Source: Armatimonadota bacterium
Lineage (GTDB): Bacteria > Armatimonadota > Fimbriimonadia > Fimbriimonadales > GBS-DC
DNA length: 64,000 bases
NCBI GenBank assembly: GCA_037444405.1
Contig: JBBIML010000006.1
Coordinates: 32,001-96,000, forward strand
Direction: 5' to 3'
The notes beneath the pieces are model-generated. The model saw only the letters and a list, made by a program, of their open reading frames with translations, had not been told where the DNA came from and ran no database searches. Shown piece after piece: positions 9,535 through 18,372 of the stretch; the first letter of the stretch is position 1; every line of letters begins with the position of its first letter. The position numbers were made by a program, and so were the translations under genes.

Positions 9535-10698
9535 ATGAAGGTGTTCACGGCAGATCGGGCGGTGGTGGCGCTGGGGGAGATCAGCGGGCGCGTTCGGGTG
9601 GATGAGCGCACGAAGCGGCTGGTGCAGCGCCTGCGCAAAGGCGAGATCGCCGTTATTGCCCATCGCGATATCGATGTGCTGGCGGCGCGCGCATTAATTG
9701 AACGCGCGCCCCGCGCCGTCATCAACGCTGAACCCTCCTTCACGGGGCGGTTCCCCACCTATGGCGCCCTGCTGATTCTTCAGGCGGGTATCCCGATTCT
9801 GGACAGGGTGGGGCACGCCTTCTTTGAAGCGGTGTCGGAGGGTCAGCGGGTGCGAATCGTGGGCAGTCGCGTGATCGCCGAGAATGGCGTCGAGGCGCAG
9901 GGCGTGTGGCTGGACACGGACGCGCTTCAGCGCGAGATCGAAGCCACCCGGGAGCGATTGAGCGTGGAACTGCAGGCGTTCGCTGCCAACACGCTGGAGT
10001 ATCTCCAGCACGAGTGGAAGCTGTTGCTGGAGCCGCTGGCGCTGCCCGCGCTGCGCACACCCATTCGCGGCCGGCATGCGGTGGTGGTGGTGCGCGGGCG
10101 CAACTACGAGCGCGACCTGGACGCACTGCGGGCGTACCTGCGTGAAACACGCCCTGTGCTGATCGCGGTGGACGGCGCCGCCGACGCCTTACTGCAACGC
10201 GGGCTGAAACCCCATATCATCATTGGGGATATGGACAGCGTGTCGGAGCGGGCGCTGCGCTGCGGAGCGGAGCTGATCGCGCATGGCTATGTGGACGCCG
10301 ACCGCCCCTCGCCGGGCTGGGAACGGTGTCAGCAGCTGGGTCTATCGGCGCACCTGCTGCGCGCGCCCGGCACCAGCGAGGATGTCGCCATGCTGCTGGC
10401 GTACGAATCGGGCGCGGAACTCATCGTGGCGGTCGGCAGCCATTTCAGCCTGGAGGAGTTTCTGGAGAGGGGGCGAGCGGGCATGGCGTCCACGATGCTC
10501 ACCCGCATGAAGGTCGGCTCGCGACTGGTGGACGCCAAGGGAGTAAGCCTGCTGTTCCAGTCGCGTCGGTCGATGGGCGCGCTGGTGTGGCTCTTTCTGG
10601 CGGCGCTGGCGCCCATCGTCGTCGCGATCGCCCTCTCGCCCACGGGACGCTTCCTGCTCAAACTCATCCGCACCTGGTGGCGCGTCTGGTTCGGATAA
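9535..10698 (+). CDS. steA: SteA-like membrane-anchored protein (thiamine pyrophosphokinase-like domain)
   Basis: GRVRVDERTKRLV, IAHRDID, SFTGRFP, AFAANTLEYL, LIAVDGAAD, IIIGDMDSVSE, GTSEDVAMLLA, GMASTMLTRMKVGSRLVDAKGVS, C-terminal TM helix. Confidence 0.85.
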   Translation: MKVFTADRAVVALGEISGRVRVDERTKRLVQRLRKGEIAVIAHRDIDVLAARALIERAPRAVINAEPSFTGRFPTYGALLILQAGIPILDRVGHAFFEAVSEGQRVRIVGSRVIAENGVEAQGVWLDTDALQREIEATRERLSVELQAFAANTLEYLQHEWKLLLEPLALPALRTPIRGRHAVVVVRGRNYERDLDALRAYLRETRPVLIAVDGAADALLQRGLKPHIIIGDMDSVSERALRCGAELIAHGYVDADRPSPGWERCQQLGLSAHLLRAPGTSEDVAMLLAYESGAELIVAVGSHFSLEEFLERGRAGMASTMLTRMKVGSRLVDAKGVSLLFQSRRSMGALVWLFLAALAPIVVAIALSPTGRFLLKLIRTWWRVWFG

Positions 10699-10706
10699 GC
10701 GCAACG

Positions 10707-12422
10707 ATGCCAAAGCCAATCCCCTTTGACAGTTTAAGCCTCTATGCGGTGCTGACCGAGTGCCGCGTGCTGATAGGCGGGCGGTTGCAGGAGATACGCC
10801 AGCCTGAGCCGCTAACGATTGTGCTGCACCTTTATGCCCATCGGCAGGAGCATCGGCTGCTGATCTCGGCAGACCCGCAGTTTGCCCGCATGCACCTGAT
10901 CACGCGCCGCTTGCCCAACGCGCCGACGCCGCCCCCCTTCTGCCAGAGCCTGCGCAAGCATCTGGAGGGCGCAACCCTGCGCGCCCTCTATCAGGTCGGG
11001 TTCGACCGTATCGTGCAGATGGAGTTCGAAACGCGCGAGGGTGTCTATCGGCTGATTATCGAGCTGATGGGCAAGCATTCGAACATCTTTCTGGTGCATG
11101 GCACGGGCTTGATTCAGAGCGCGCTCAAGTGGGTGTCGCCGCGCCAGAGCCAGAGTCGCCCGATTCGGTCAGGCGAACCATATCGGTTGCCGCCCACGCG
11201 CGTCGAGGGCTTGCTCAATCTGCTGCTGATGAGCGATTCGGAGTGGCACGCGCTCTGGACGCGCCCGCAGTCGGAGCCAGAGCGCGACTGGGGCGCATTT
11301 ATTGAGGGGCTGAGTCGGTTCACGGCGGGCGAGCTGGAGCAGCGGGCGCAGGCGGCGGGTCCGGAGGGGCTGCTGGAGTGGGCGCATGCGGTGCGCGAGG
11401 CACGCTGGTCGCCCGTGCTGGTGCGCGAGCCGTCCAGCGGGCGGGCGCTGGGCGCGTACCCACTCCCCTGCTCCCAGCTCCCGCGCGAATGGCAACACCC
11501 GCGCACCAGCGTCAACCTCGCGTGGGAGCAGGCGTTCAACGAGCGCATCGAGCGCGCGACCGCCGAATCGCTGCACGCTACTCTGCAGCCTGCCCTGCAG
11601 CGCGCCCTGCAGGCACGCGAACGCGCGATCGCCGACCTGCAAAACGCCCTGCAGGAGAGCCAGCAGGCGGACCGCTACCAGCTGATGGGCGAGCTGATAC
11701 TGGCGTTCGGGCACAGCCTGCCGCCAGGGAGCGAACGACTGCTCGCGCCCGACTACACCCATCCCGATATGCCCCTGATCGAGATACCGCTCGATCCAGC
11801 AAAGAGCCTTGCCGAGAACGCCCAGCGCTACTTTGAGAAAGCGCGCCGCGCCCGCCAGAATCGGGGCGGGCTGCAGGCGCGGCTGCAGACGCTGTTAACC
11901 GAGCGCGAGTCGATTCGCCACGCGCTGGAGCAACTTCAATCAGTGAGTTCCGACACAGGCACATTGCAGTCCCTGCTGGAGACGGCACGGCGCAACGGCT
12001 GGCTGCGCGAGATTCCTGCCGAGCGCCCCTCCACCCGCGCCGAAAAAGACCCCTTCGAAGGGCACAAAATCGGCGTCTACACCAGCCCCGACGGCTACAC
12101 CATCCTGGTGGGCGAGACGGCAGATGCCAATGACTTCCTGCTCACGCGCGTCGCCCGCCCGAACGACTGGTGGCTGCATGTGCGCACGGGCACCGGCGCC
12201 CATGTGATTATCCGCACCGATGGGCGTCCAGAGCGCGTGCCGCGCCGCACGCTGGAGTATGCCGCCCAGCTCGCCGCCCAGCACAGCGCCGATCGCCACG
12301 CCAGCATCGTGGAGGTCGACTACACCCTGCGCAAATATGTGCGCAAGCCGCGCAACGCGCCCCCCGGCTTCGCCCTCTACACCCACGAGAAAACGCTCGC
12401 CGTGCGACCCAGTAGCTCGTAG
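10707..12422 (+). CDS. rqcH: NFACT family ribosome quality control protein RqcH/FbpA
   Basis: FDSLSL N-terminus, FCQSLRKHL, GFDRIV, IELMGKHSN, ENAQRYFEK, DWWLHVR..GAHVII, VDYTLRKYVRKP; start at ATG 10707. Confidence 0.92.
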   Translation: MPKPIPFDSLSLYAVLTECRVLIGGRLQEIRQPEPLTIVLHLYAHRQEHRLLISADPQFARMHLITRRLPNAPTPPPFCQSLRKHLEGATLRALYQVGFDRIVQMEFETREGVYRLIIELMGKHSNIFLVHGTGLIQSALKWVSPRQSQSRPIRSGEPYRLPPTRVEGLLNLLLMSDSEWHALWTRPQSEPERDWGAFIEGLSRFTAGELEQRAQAAGPEGLLEWAHAVREARWSPVLVREPSSGRALGAYPLPCSQLPREWQHPRTSVNLAWEQAFNERIERATAESLHATLQPALQRALQARERAIADLQNALQESQQADRYQLMGELILAFGHSLPPGSERLLAPDYTHPDMPLIEIPLDPAKSLAENAQRYFEKARRARQNRGGLQARLQTLLTERESIRHALEQLQSVSSDTGTLQSLLETARRNGWLREIPAERPSTRAEKDPFEGHKIGVYTSPDGYTILVGETADANDFLLTRVARPNDWWLHVRTGTGAHVIIRTDGRPERVPRRTLEYAAQLAAQHSADRHASIVEVDYTLRKYVRKPRNAPPGFALYTHEKTLAVRPSSS

Positions 12423-12441
12423 CTGGGGCATCCTGCCCCAG
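12419..12441 (+). repeat. Family A REP-like palindrome
   Basis: GTAG CTGGGGCA TCC TGCCCCAG; the GTAG overlaps the rqcH stop codon. Confidence 0.75.
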
Positions 12442-12453
12442 ACTCAAAGGCGA

Positions 12454-12480
12454 ACAGGAATAGCATCGTCCGCGTCGAAA
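12454..12480 (+). promoter_or_regulatory. Sigma-H-like promoter motif upstream of the TolC-family gene
   Basis: ACAGGA atagcatcgtccgcgtc GAAA; ATG 11 nt downstream with no SD. Confidence 0.6.
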
Positions 12481-12491
12481 GGCATATCCGT

Positions 12492-13775
12492 ATGAGCAGA
12501 CTTTTGAGAATCGCGAACGGGCTACTCTCTGGTGCGCTAACAATAGCGGCTTTCGCCCAGCCATCGTCGTTGAGCCTTCAGGATGTGTTGCGTCGGGCGC
12601 TGCAGTATAACGGCGATATTCAGTCGGCATTAGCGCAGCAGCGGGCGGCGGAGGCGCGACTGACTGCGACCCGTGCGAGCTTATATCCCAGCTTCGCGTG
12701 GGCGAGCAGCTCCACCCGCACGCGCCTGGAACAGGGCGGTACCACCTCCGAGTTCACCCAGCGACAGGGCGCGTTTACCGTCGACTGGCTGCTGTTCGAC
12801 GCCGGTCGGCGTGAGTGGCGCATTCGTCAGGCGTCGCGCTCCAGCGAGGCGACCCGAATGACGGCGCGCGCCACCATCCGCTCGCTGCTGTTCGAGACCG
12901 CCAGCGCGTATTACGAGGTGCTGCGCCGTCAGGAGCTGCTGCGCGTGGCGGACGAGTCGGTGCAGCGGGCGCAGACCCTGCTCGATGTCGCCCGCACGCA
13001 GGCGGAGGTGGGCACCGCGCCCGCTAAAGATGTGTTGCAGGCGGAAGCCGACCTCGCCAACGCGCGCGTGCAGCAGATTCAAGCACGAAACGCGCTGCGC
13101 CTCGCCGAAGCCGACCTCAAGCGGCTCATCGGCTGGGACGCCACCCAGCCGCTGCCACCGCTCCAGCGCGTCGAAAACCCGCCTGAACTGGGTCAGCCTC
13201 CCACGCTCGCCGAACTCTGGCAAAAGGCGCTGCAACAGCGACCCGAACTGCGCAGCGCCCGGCTGAACCTGCAGATTGCCCAGCTCGGCGTTGATCTGGC
13301 GCGCGTCGACACCATCGGGCAGATGCAGGTGAGTCTGAGCGGTTTCTATGAGTATGACCCGAACCGCCGCACGCAGGGGCAGCTGCTCTTTCGACTCAGC
13401 ACGCCCATTTTTGACGGCGGGCTGGTTCGGGCGAACCTGCGCGAGGCGCAAGCCGAGTACGACAGCGCCCGCGCCCGACTCCAGCAACTGGAACGCGACC
13501 TGTACGCGGAGGTGGAGAGCGCGCTGCTGCTGCGTCAGGAGGCTGCCGAGCGGCTGGAGGCGTCAAAAGCCGCGCTCGCCGCTGCCCAGCGCAACTACGA
13601 AGCCGCGCGCGACGCCCTGCAGGAAGGCGCTGGCACCATCGTCGAAGTGCTGACCGCCCAGCTCGCGCTCGTCACCGCCGAGACCAACCTCGTGCAGGCA
13701 ATCTATGACGCCTATATCGCCGACCTGCGCCTGAAACTCGCCATCGGCGAACCCCTGCCCGAAGAGCCGCAATAG
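12492..13775 (+). CDS. TolC family outer membrane efflux protein
   Basis: Signal peptide, two OEP repeats (ASAYYEVL, PIFDGG, GAGTIVEVLTAQ), LKLAIG C-terminus. Confidence 0.92.
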   Translation: MSRLLRIANGLLSGALTIAAFAQPSSLSLQDVLRRALQYNGDIQSALAQQRAAEARLTATRASLYPSFAWASSSTRTRLEQGGTTSEFTQRQGAFTVDWLLFDAGRREWRIRQASRSSEATRMTARATIRSLLFETASAYYEVLRRQELLRVADESVQRAQTLLDVARTQAEVGTAPAKDVLQAEADLANARVQQIQARNALRLAEADLKRLIGWDATQPLPPLQRVENPPELGQPPTLAELWQKALQQRPELRSARLNLQIAQLGVDLARVDTIGQMQVSLSGFYEYDPNRRTQGQLLFRLSTPIFDGGLVRANLREAQAEYDSARARLQQLERDLYAEVESALLLRQEAAERLEASKAALAAAQRNYEAARDALQEGAGTIVEVLTAQLALVTAETNLVQAIYDAYIADLRLKLAIGEPLPEEPQ

Positions 13776-13802
13776 GCAGGAATCGACCCGCCCGCGACGA
13801 AA
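13776..13802 (+). promoter_or_regulatory. Sigma-H-like promoter motif upstream of the sugar isomerase gene
   Basis: GCAGGA atcgacccgcccgcgac GAAA. Confidence 0.6.
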
Positions 13803-13805
13803 CCT

Positions 13806-13890
13806 GTAGCACGGGCATCCTGCCCGGGAACGCGCGAGTAGGGGCGCGGTTGCCGCGCCCGTACTGCTCGTAGTTCGGGCATCCTGCCCG
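13806..13890 (+). repeat. Cluster of three GTAG-REP-like palindromes (A-B-A)
   Basis: GTAGCACGGGCATCCTGCCCGGG (13806), GTAGGGGCGCGGTTGCCGCGCCCGTAC (13838), GTAGTTCGGGCATCCTGCCCG (13870); GTAG starts spaced exactly 32 nt apart. Confidence 0.85.
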
Positions 13891-13924
13891 CAGAACCAGA
13901 CCCTATCAGCGGAGGTAGGTGACG

Positions 13925-14959
13925 ATGGCAAGACCAGTAACGCTGTTCACGGGGCAATGGGCAGACCTGCCCCTGGAGACGATGGCGCAGAAAGCGAAGG
14001 CGTTCGGCTACGATGGACTCGAACTCGCCTGCTGGGGCGACCACTTCGATGTTGAGCGCGCCCTCACCGATGAGCGCTACTGCGAATCACGCTGGGAGAT
14101 TCTGACCCGCTACGGGCTGAAATGCTTCGCCATCAGCAACCATCTGGTGGGTCAGGCGGTGTGCGACCCGATAGACGAGCGCCATCGGGCGATTCTGCCC
14201 CCGCGCGTGTGGGGCGACGGCAATCCCGAGGGTGTGCGCCAGCGCGCCGCCGAAGAGATGAAGAACACTGCCCGCGCCGCCCGCCGATTCTTCAACGCCG
14301 CCCCACCAGAGGTCAAACAGCAGCTCACGCGCGTGGTGGTCAACGGCTTCACGGGCAGCAGCATCTGGCAATATCTGTACGCCTTCCCGCCGAACCCGCC
14401 CGACCTGATCGAGCGTGGCTTCCGCGATTTCGCCACCCGCTGGAAACCCATCCTCGATGTGTTCGAACAGGAAGATGTCTATTTCGCGCTGGAGGTGCAT
14501 CCGACCGAGATTGCGTTCGATATCGTGACGGCGGAGCGGGCGATTGAAGCGGTGGAGGGGCATCCGCGCTTCGGCTTCAACTACGACCCCAGCCACCTGG
14601 GCTATCAGGGCGTCGACTATGTGGCGTTCATTCGCCGGTTCCGCGACCGCATCTTCCATATGCATGTGAAGGATGTGTGGTGGTCGGATGTGCCGCGCCT
14701 GTCAGGTGTGTTCGGCGGGCATCTGAACTTCGGCGATTCGCGCCGCTTCTGGGACTTCCGCTCGCCCGGGCGCGGACGCATCAACTTTGAGGAGATTATC
14801 CGCGCGCTGAACGAGATTGGCTATCGCGGTCCGCTCTCGGTGGAGTGGGAAGACAACGGCATGGATCGCGAGCATGGGGCGCAGGAGGCGTGCCAGTTCG
14901 TGCGCCGCCTCGACTTCGAGCCGTCCCGCCAGACCTTTGAAGCCGCGTTCGAACGATAA
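13925..14959 (+). CDS. Sugar phosphate isomerase/epimerase (xylose isomerase-like TIM barrel)
   Basis: [45 protein letters not shown] 8 nt after GGAGGT. Confidence 0.9.
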   Translation: MARPVTLFTGQWADLPLETMAQKAKAFGYDGLELACWGDHFDVERALTDERYCESRWEILTRYGLKCFAISNHLVGQAVCDPIDERHRAILPPRVWGDGNPEGVRQRAAEEMKNTARAARRFFNAAPPEVKQQLTRVVVNGFTGSSIWQYLYAFPPNPPDLIERGFRDFATRWKPILDVFEQEDVYFALEVHPTEIAFDIVTAERAIEAVEGHPRFGFNYDPSHLGYQGVDYVAFIRRFRDRIFHMHVKDVWWSDVPRLSGVFGGHLNFGDSRRFWDFRSPGRGRINFEEIIRALNEIGYRGPLSVEWEDNGMDREHGAQEACQFVRRLDFEPSRQTFEAAFER

Positions 14960-14967
14960 ACCAGCAA

Positions 14968-14995
14968 CCCTCTCCCCCACCTGCGGGGGAGAGGG
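14968..14995. repeat. Family C palindrome between convergent genes (possible bidirectional terminator)
   Basis: CCCTCTCCCCC acctgc GGGGGAGAGGG, perfect 11-bp stem. Confidence 0.8.
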
Positions 14996-15001
14996 AGTAA
15001 A

Positions 15002-16894
15002 TTACTGCTGTGAGAGCGTGCTGCGCCGTCCGCCAGGGCGACGCAAGCCCTCCTCACCCAGCACATGCAGGAACACCAGGCACATCTCGTCGGTCGTCTT
15101 CTCGCCCCAGGTGACCACCTTTGGCGGACGGTTCGGATTGTTCGGGTTCTTCTCGGAGTTGTCGTAGTAGGCACGCACCTCCACGCGCGTGCCCCGCGGC
15201 AGGCGCACAGGTGTCTTGTAGTGATAGGTGTCCTGCCATCTGAAGTCCCAATCTTTGATCCAGATGAGCGGGATGGTCTTGCCGTCGGGCGTGTAGGCGT
15301 CCACCTTCATCTCGCGCCCGAGCAGGTGCATATGGGGCGTGATGGCGACCACATCCACATCGCGCGGTGCAATCCAGTAGGCGCGCACCTCGTGGTGCTC
15401 GGCGCCCGGCGGAATGCTGAAGAAGGGATTGATCAGCCAGGCGATGCCAATCGGCTGTGGGTTGGGCGTCTTGGCGAAGTAGAGTCCCACGCGCGTGCGG
15501 TCGCGCTCCGGCTTGCCTGTGCGATAGTAGTGAATCTGCAGCACAATATCGGAGCCTTTCGGCAGGCGATAGCCTGTGCCCTCCGGCAGCATCTGGGGCG
15601 AGAAGCCCGGCGCCCAGCCGCCCAGCATGCCAGCAGGGATGAACCCCGGCCAGCCGAACGCCCTGTAGCCCGGACCCGCGTCCGCCTCATCCAGCTTGCG
15701 AGCCGTGCCCGATGTGTCGCAGTAAACAATCACATGGTGAACCGTCTTGCGATTGCCCGGCTGGATGTCAATCGCCTGCACGAACATGTCACGGTCGAAG
15801 TTCGTGGGGATGACGAAGTGGCGGTATTCGTCGTCGCCTGTGGGACCGACCTCATACTCTTCGGGCATCTCCACAATCAGATCGGGCGGACCGAACGCCC
15901 AATCGTCGCTGAACTGGCGCGGCGGCGGCAGGTCGTTCGGCTCGCCTAACGGCGCACCCGACTCCACCCACTGTGTGATCAGTGCAATCTGCTCGTCGCT
16001 CAGTCGACGCTCACCCTTGAACTCGCCGTAGCCCGGCTCGGGCTTCCAGGGCGGCATCTGGCGTGCCTGCACATATTTGACAATCTCTTTGCGCCAGGTG
16101 TACACATCGCGGTAGGTCATTAGTGAGAAGGGCGCGACCTGACCAGGGCGATGGCACGGCTGGCAATATTGCTGAATGATCGGCGCGATATGCCGGGCGT
16201 AGGTGATGGGCGCGGACGCCTCCGCCTCATCTTTGAAATGGATGGTGCAGCCGAAGGTTTCGGTCGCGGCGGGCTTGACAGGCTTGCCCTTCAGGATTGC
16301 CTCCAGCGCGTTGCGCAGGTAGGGCGTGCGCACGCGGTCCTCGTAGCGGTTGTCATCGATCGCGCCCCGATAGCGCAGAACGCCCTTCTGGTCAATCACG
16401 AACGCCTGGGGGGTCATCGTGGCGCCGAGCTGGCGCGCGATCTTGCCATCGGGGTCATACACCACAGGGAATTTGAGCTGCCACGCCTGCACGCTCTGGC
16501 GTACCTCCTGCTCCGTGTCGTCATAGTTGGTGTAGATACCGATTATCTGCACGCCGCGTTTGGTATAGCTCGCATAAAGTTGATTGAGGCGCACAGCGTA
16601 GCGCTGGACGGCGGGGCACTTCGCGCCCAGAAAGACCAGCACCACGGGCGCCTTGCGTGTGAGCTCGTTCAGGCGGTAGGTGCGACCGTTCAAATCGGTG
16701 AAGGAGAGCGGCGGCACGCGCGTGTTGAGATTGACGGTGCTGGGCGATTCGGTCAGCACGCGGTGCTTCCTGCTCACCTCGCTCGGCGTCGTTGCAGCCC
16801 GTCGATTCGTTGCGTCACTATCCGTCTGCTGCGGCATCCAGAACGGAAACGCGCCCATCATCAGTGCCAGCCCAATCAGCCACGATGCCCTCAT
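15002..16894 (-). CDS. Exported redoxin + c-type cytochrome + copper type II (PHM/DBM-like) monooxygenase fusion
   Basis: Signal peptide from ATG 16894 (GGAGG RBS); AhpC/TSA-like FLGAKCP...ATMTPQAFVID...YRGAIDD; CQPCH; VHHVIV, QIHY, PHMH, DEMC. Confidence 0.85.
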   Translation of the reverse strand: MRASWLIGLALMMGAFPFWMPQQTDSDATNRRAATTPSEVSRKHRVLTESPSTVNLNTRVPPLSFTDLNGRTYRLNELTRKAPVVLVFLGAKCPAVQRYAVRLNQLYASYTKRGVQIIGIYTNYDDTEQEVRQSVQAWQLKFPVVYDPDGKIARQLGATMTPQAFVIDQKGVLRYRGAIDDNRYEDRVRTPYLRNALEAILKGKPVKPAATETFGCTIHFKDEAEASAPITYARHIAPIIQQYCQPCHRPGQVAPFSLMTYRDVYTWRKEIVKYVQARQMPPWKPEPGYGEFKGERRLSDEQIALITQWVESGAPLGEPNDLPPPRQFSDDWAFGPPDLIVEMPEEYEVGPTGDDEYRHFVIPTNFDRDMFVQAIDIQPGNRKTVHHVIVYCDTSGTARKLDEADAGPGYRAFGWPGFIPAGMLGGWAPGFSPQMLPEGTGYRLPKGSDIVLQIHYYRTGKPERDRTRVGLYFAKTPNPQPIGIAWLINPFFSIPPGAEHHEVRAYWIAPRDVDVVAITPHMHLLGREMKVDAYTPDGKTIPLIWIKDWDFRWQDTYHYKTPVRLPRGTRVEVRAYYDNSEKNPNNPNRPPKVVTWGEKTTDEMCLVFLHVLGEEGLRRPGGRRSTLSQQ

Positions 16895-17060
16895 TTTGAT
16901 GCCCTCCAACCTGCTGGTCAGTATACCATGCTTCGACGCCGATGCGCCGATTCCGTTCGCTTTTTGCCGCCGTTTTCCCTCCCGACGCGCCAGAAAAGAG
17001 CCAATAGTAAGACATCCTCGCAAACACTCGAAAAGTATCCTGCATGATAGGGAGATTAGC

Positions 17061-17342
17061 ATGCGACGCGACCCATTCGAGCAACGCAAAAGCCTGTCGC
17101 AGGTCGCCGCGCTGGAATACTTCACCGACCGCGAGGGGGCGATAGAAGCGTTTGAGCGATACCTGCACGCGCCAGCGGTGTCGGAAGGCGTGCAGGAAGG
17201 GTGCGTCGGCGCACGCAGGCTCCAGCACGCGCAGGGGACGCTGGGGTTAATCCACTGCTCCAGCGTGGCGACCATGCGCGCTACAATCCACGCGGGCGTG
17301 GGACATGCGCCAACCTGCGCGCCTGCACCGTGTTTACCATAG
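17061..17342 (+). pseudogene. Probable N-terminal remnant of an ATP-binding (STAND/AAA-like) protein
   Basis: GGGAG RBS then MRRDPFEQRKSLSQVAALEYFTDREGAIEAFERYLHAPA, resembling the FxxRE helix that precedes Walker A, but no Walker A follows and the sequence runs into decayed palindromes. Confidence 0.45.
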
Positions 17343-18122
17343 CGCAATCAGTCGCACGGGACCGCCTGAAGCGTTCTGGAGCCTCAGCGCGCCCACGAAC
17401 ACCACCGCGCCCGACGGCGGGAGTTTCTCAAGGTTCGCCACATTCTCCAGCCCCCACTTGCCCGCCTCCAGCACAATCTTATGCACGGCGAAGGTGGTGG
17501 ACGCGCCGAAGTCCAAGCTGAGCGTGTCCACGCCGATGCCGAGGATATTGCGCTCTTTGACGAGCATCTCGGCGGCGTCGGGCGCAAAGCCAGGGAAGTG
17601 CATCACGCCCTGCGCGTCGGTGTTGCGATACGCCTGCTCGTCGCGGGCGCGGGCGCCCCAGCCGCTCAGCATGAACACAATCGCGCTGTTCGGGATGCGC
17701 TCATAGCGGCGCTCCCACTGGCGTAGGTCGTCGGCAGTGAGCTGGGCGTCGGGGTTCTTTTGTGCCCGCTCGCGGATGTCCACCACCACAGCATAGCCCA
17801 CCAGCTGGGCAGGCGCGAGCTGGTCCAGCGTCGGCTTACCCTTGACGAAGTGGACAGGGGCGTCCATGTGCGTGGCGTGATGCTCGTAGAGCTGCCAGCG
17901 GTTCGCGTAGAAGCCCGACGACTCGTGCGTGTAGAGCGGTTCGCGCACCAGCTTCGGCGTGCCCGGCCATGTGGGGAACTCTGGCGTCTGGATGTAGGTG
18001 AGATCCAGCATGTTCCGGGCGCGCTGGGGCAAGCGGAGGGTGGGCGTGCGTTGCGCGGGCGCAGGTATCGTCTCGCGCCCCAGATTGCCCCACAACTCCC
18101 GATAAATCGCGTGCGTGCACAT
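17334..18122 (-). CDS. Cyclase family (kynurenine formamidase-like) metal-dependent hydrolase
   Basis: HHATHMDAPVHF, HFPGF, IGVDTLSLD, GLENVANL, GGPVRLIA; probable start ATG 18122, 7 nt after TATCAT. Confidence 0.88.
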   Translation of the reverse strand: MCTHAIYRELWGNLGRETIPAPAQRTPTLRLPQRARNMLDLTYIQTPEFPTWPGTPKLVREPLYTHESSGFYANRWQLYEHHATHMDAPVHFVKGKPTLDQLAPAQLVGYAVVVDIRERAQKNPDAQLTADDLRQWERRYERIPNSAIVFMLSGWGARARDEQAYRNTDAQGVMHFPGFAPDAAEMLVKERNILGIGVDTLSLDFGASTTFAVHKIVLEAGKWGLENVANLEKLPPSGAVVFVGALRLQNASGGPVRLIALW

Positions 18123-18240
18123 AGAAAAGATGATACCCCTTAGAAGCAGCCCAGAAAAGTAAGTGGACGCCTTATTGTGGGGCATTTCCCCCCGACAGCT
18201 AATGCTGCTCTGTTGCAAAGAACAGGGGATTCGGTGAACA

Positions 18241-18352
18241 GGACACGGGAACCGCGTCCGTACAGGCATGCGTAGGGGCGCGGTCGCCGCGCCCTGCAAG
18301 TGGGTCATGGGGAGGGTGTTCAACAACATGGCACGGGAACCGCGCCCTGTTC
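18241..18352. repeat. Cluster of three family B REP-like palindromes
   Basis: minus GTACGGACGCGGTTCCCGTGTCC (18241-18263), plus GTAGGGGCGCGGTCGCCGCGCCC (18272), minus GAACAGGGCGCGGTTCCCGTGCC (18330-18352). Confidence 0.75.
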
Positions 18353-18372
18353 AAGCGGCTCGCGAGACCCGC

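Noticed and set aside
13806..13890. Mini CRISPR array
   Set aside because: Units are non-identical hairpins separated by under 10 nt, no unique spacers of CRISPR length and no cas genes
17017..17043. GCAGGAT on the minus strand upstream of the redoxin fusion
   Set aside because: No matching -10 tetramer at 17 nt
15002..17347. Extended N-termini in the ORF track (781-aa, 698-aa, 822-aa, 380-aa, 585-aa versions)
   Set aside because: Extensions overlap neighbouring genes or promoters; internal starts with RBS or signal peptides fit better
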